Positions 61,340 to 64,000 of a stretch of DNA of 64,000 bases are shown in pieces. The position numbers and the translations under genes were made by a program. This DNA comes from an uncultured Aliarcobacter sp. (GTDB lineage: Bacteria > Campylobacterota > Campylobacteria > Campylobacterales > Arcobacteraceae), in contig OY781945.1 of assembly GCA_963677435.1 (NCBI GenBank), positions 3,008,001 to 3,072,000 of the forward strand, in the 5' to 3' direction. How positions within the stretch are numbered: position 1 is the stretch's first letter; each line of letters starts with the position of its first letter. The notes below the pieces were generated by a model. It was not told where the DNA came from and did not search any database. It was given only the letters and a program-made list of their open reading frames with translations.

Positions 61340-61831
61340 TTATTCCTTTTTCACATCTTTTTTATTATAATTTTCAAGTTTTTCAGTAATTATAGATGCA
61401 TTTGAAACACTTAAAAACTTCATAATTTGAGTTACATTATTTTCTTTTAATTTAAGTATTATATCAAAAACATCATCAATTTTACCTTCGCCAATCATTT
61501 GGTTAAAAATATCAGCGGCATTTTTTGGTTTCATTGCGTTATATATTTTTGATGTTTTTGTAACAACTTCATTTTTTATATCTTTTAAAGTTTCTAAATT
61601 ATCATCATGTAATTTTTGTATATCTTTTTTTTCTTTTTCTATTTGAGCTAAAATACCCTCAAGTTCTTTTTTTCGTTGTTGATATTCAGTCTCTTTTTCA
61701 TTATAAAAATTATTTAATTCTTTTTTTAATTCCATTACTTCTATTCTTTGCTTTGTCAAAGAACTACTTGTCTCTTCTGCTGCAAATAAAAAAGTACCAA
61801 AACAAATAATTGATAATAAATATTTTGACAT
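61340..61831 (-). CDS. motE: MotE family protein (MgtE_N-like flagellar motility protein)
   Basis: Signal peptide, coiled coil, KIYNAMKPKNAADIF motif. Confidence 0.75.
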   Translation of the reverse strand: MSKYLLSIICFGTFLFAAEETSSSLTKQRIEVMELKKELNNFYNEKETEYQQRKKELEGILAQIEKEKKDIQKLHDDNLETLKDIKNEVVTKTSKIYNAMKPKNAADIFNQMIGEGKIDDVFDIILKLKENNVTQIMKFLSVSNASIITEKLENYNKKDVKKE

Positions 61832-61841
61832 TTAAATCCTT

Positions 61842-62252
61842 TTATCTTTTGTTACTGATATATTTACTTTGAATATACTCACTTGAGGCTTCATCTTCTG
61901 CTAATAAAATTCTTTTAATAGCTTCTTTTTTTTCTTCTTGTAATATATATAAAAATTGTTCTGCTTCTTTTTGCAGTTCGAGTATATCTTTTAATAAAAG
62001 ATCAACTTCCATATTTAAAAGTACTTTTTCTTTATTAAGTTTTTGTATATGCATTTTCATTGTATTTTTGTGTATTGTTAAAATCATAAAATCTGAAATT
62101 GCTCCATGTTTTTCAACACTAGCTGTATCAATTCTATTTTGAGTCAATAATATCTCAATATCAATTTGCTCAATTCTTGATAAAAGTTGAGCTTTTTGCA
62201 TTAATTTTTGATCAGTTTGATTTTTTTTTAATTTATATAATTTCTCTATCAA
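61842..62252 (-). CDS. fliJ: Flagellar export protein FliJ (probable)
   Basis: 136-aa coiled coil with C-terminal E...DE pattern; sits in the export operon next to motE. Confidence 0.65.
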   Translation of the reverse strand: MIEKLYKLKKNQTDQKLMQKAQLLSRIEQIDIEILLTQNRIDTASVEKHGAISDFMILTIHKNTMKMHIQKLNKEKVLLNMEVDLLLKDILELQKEAEQFLYILQEEKKEAIKRILLAEDEASSEYIQSKYISNKR

Positions 62253-62515
62253 CTATTATTACCAAATGTAAGTATTATATCCCATAAATCTTTTGTATAA
62301 GCTTCAATATGATCACCAATCCAAGGAAGAGAAATCAATATAAATGCTGATACAAAAATCATTTTTGGAACAAATGATAAAGAAGCATCACTTATTTGTG
62401 TTACAGCTTGAAAAATAGAAATTATAAGTCCAATAATCATACTAACAATCAAAGATGGTAATCCAAGTATTAATATGACCTTTACTGTATTTTCAGCAAT
62501 AGCAATTAAATCCAT
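62249..62515 (-). CDS. fliQ: Flagellar export protein FliQ
   Basis: GLIISIFQAVTQISDASLSFVPK motif. Confidence 0.96.
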   Translation of the reverse strand: MDLIAIAENTVKVILILGLPSLIVSMIIGLIISIFQAVTQISDASLSFVPKMIFVSAFILISLPWIGDHIEAYTKDLWDIILTFGNNS

Positions 62516-62516
62516 G

Positions 62517-63707
62517 CTAATCTTTTATTTTTATTGTTATCTCTAAAGTTTTATTATTTAATAACTTAGAAATTAATGCTGAAAGATCTGTAACATTAGA
62601 ATTATTCACATCTAATGTTTCGACTCTTTTTTCTGAAACGCTAGGTTTATTTCCACTTATCGAACTATTTTCTTCAATTTTATAACTCAGTGCTTCCAAT
62701 AAATCTTTTTCACTTAAAGAATCTAATTCAAAAAACTCATCATTCATTTTATCTCCTTGCAAAGATTTATCAATTTTTTTACTTTCTAATTTCTCTTCAT
62801 CTAAAAAATCAAAGCTACTAAAAGGATCTGATTCTATTACTTCAAAATTTTCAGTATCTTCTTCAACAACTTTTTTTTCGCCTGATTGTATCTCTTCATT
62901 TAAGAAATCAAAACCGCCAAATAAATCGTTATTGATTTTGTCTAAGTCAGTGATATCTTCCTCTTCTTCAACTACTTCTTCACCTAAGAAATCTAAGTCT
63001 GCGAAGATATCAGTAACTTTACTTGAATTTTCATCTTCTAAAGGTTCATCAGATTCTTCTTTATAAACTATATCATTATCATCATAATCAAATGATATAT
63101 TATTTAATCCAAAATCATCATTAAAACTCATTATATCATTAGAATCATTTTTTACAGCAATATCTGCATTTCCAATTAAATCTTCAATATTATCAAGATT
63201 TACACCTTTATCAATGTTAAATATATCATCAAGATCTTCAGTAGAAGTAGCATCTTTATTCTCTTCTTCTTTTGCTAAAAGCATAGATAATTCATCATCT
63301 AATTCTATGTCATTTTGACTATTTTCATCTTCATCATTTATTTCTATAACTTTTGGCTCAAGTGCTTTTAGTTCTTCGTATTTCCTAATAATATATTTAG
63401 GTAATTCATTCAATGAATTTAATGATAAATCTGCAATTCCACAATCAAGTAAATACTCTTCTTCAATACCATCTTTAGGTGTTAAAAATTTAATTCTTTT
63501 ATTTAAAGAATTTTTTTTAATAATTTTTTCATCGTCAATTAAGTAAATATCGTTAGGATTATCTTTTATAATCTGTTTTAATTTTGAGATACTACTAATT
63601 TCTTCAATTACAGTATTATTGTCAAGTTTGAATTTTATATTTGAGTGTTCTAATGTTTCGTGAATTTCTTTTTTAAAACTTTGATTACCATAAATGTAAA
63701 TCTTCAA
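62517..63707 (-). CDS. Highly acidic hypothetical protein heading the fliQ operon
   Basis: 396 aa, TTG start; folded-looking N-terminus, D/E-rich middle, helical/beta C-terminal tail. Confidence 0.75.
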   Translation of the reverse strand: MKIYIYGNQSFKKEIHETLEHSNIKFKLDNNTVIEEISSISKLKQIIKDNPNDIYLIDDEKIIKKNSLNKRIKFLTPKDGIEEEYLLDCGIADLSLNSLNELPKYIIRKYEELKALEPKVIEINDEDENSQNDIELDDELSMLLAKEEENKDATSTEDLDDIFNIDKGVNLDNIEDLIGNADIAVKNDSNDIMSFNDDFGLNNISFDYDDNDIVYKEESDEPLEDENSSKVTDIFADLDFLGEEVVEEEEDITDLDKINNDLFGGFDFLNEEIQSGEKKVVEEDTENFEVIESDPFSSFDFLDEEKLESKKIDKSLQGDKMNDEFFELDSLSEKDLLEALSYKIEENSSISGNKPSVSEKRVETLDVNNSNVTDLSALISKLLNNKTLEITIKIKD

Positions 63708-63741
63708 TCTATAACCCTATAAAATAATTTTAATACCTTTG

Positions 63742-63775
63742 ATTATACCTTTTTTTATTAAATTTTCGATAAAAT
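63742..63775. promoter_or_regulatory. Divergent sigma70-type -10 elements for the fliQ operon and flgI
   Basis: TATAAT on minus at 63747-63742; TAAAAT on plus at 63770-63775. Confidence 0.5.
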
Positions 63776-63802
63776 ATAAACAATTAATAATGGAGGATGA
63801 TA

Positions 63803-64000
63803 TTGAGATATTTTTTATTAGTAACATTTTTATTATCATCTTTGTACTCACAAACTATCAAAGATATTTCAAATGTAATAGGGATTAGAGAAAATCAATT
63901 AATTGGTTATGGACTTATTGTTGGACTTGCAGGAACTGGTGACAAATCAAAATTTACAATGCAATCGTTACAAAACCTACTTAGGAATTCTTATATAAAA
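63803..64000 (+). CDS. flgI: Flagellar P-ring protein FlgI (5' part; runs off the window)
   Basis: Not in ORF track. GGAGG RBS, TTG start, signal peptide, then [29 protein letters not shown]. Confidence 0.93.
   Translation, partial: MRYFLLVTFLLSSLYSQTIKDISNVIGIRENQLIGYGLIVGLAGTGDKSKFTMQSLQNLLRNSYIK

Overview
Very AT-rich, densely coding chromosomal segment of an epsilonproteobacterium (Campylobacterota). Gene content and order point to Arcobacteraceae (inference, no database check possible). It is mostly core genome: partial rho, ahpC/ferredoxin-ndk-yceD-rpmF-plsX-fabH, azlCD, pabBC, pyrB, cis/trans isomerase, argD, a TolC-family protein, an orphan Cache sensor kinase, pyk, bioF, carbonic anhydrase, mqnE, miaB, nusA, cysS, rpsF-ssb-rpsR, holA, rnr, ilvC, dprA, murC, dapC, tgt, gatC, class II DAHP synthase, tal, serB, metF, ruvX, acpS, panC, rimO and tilS. 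The right end is a flagellar cluster (fliS, fliD, flgK, flgH, fliL, motE, fliJ, fliQ, partial flgI). I saw no tRNA/rRNA, CRISPR array, IS, prophage or defence island. Three real genes missing from the ORF track were added (rho, rpmF, flgI). The best leads are: (1) a single 531-aa protein that looks like a PilM-PilN-PilO fusion, possibly a flagellar motor-cage component, with a possible PilN-like partner gene inside the flagellar operon; (2) an acidic, probably disordered protein heading the fliQ operon that has a strong in-frame internal RBS+ATG, suggesting two isoforms; (3) a candidate ~70-nt sRNA between yraN and bioF; (4) a G-free repeat-containing rho leader; (5) an SspB-like adaptor; (6) several probable leaderless mRNAs. 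All fold and function calls in the findings are by-eye hypotheses.
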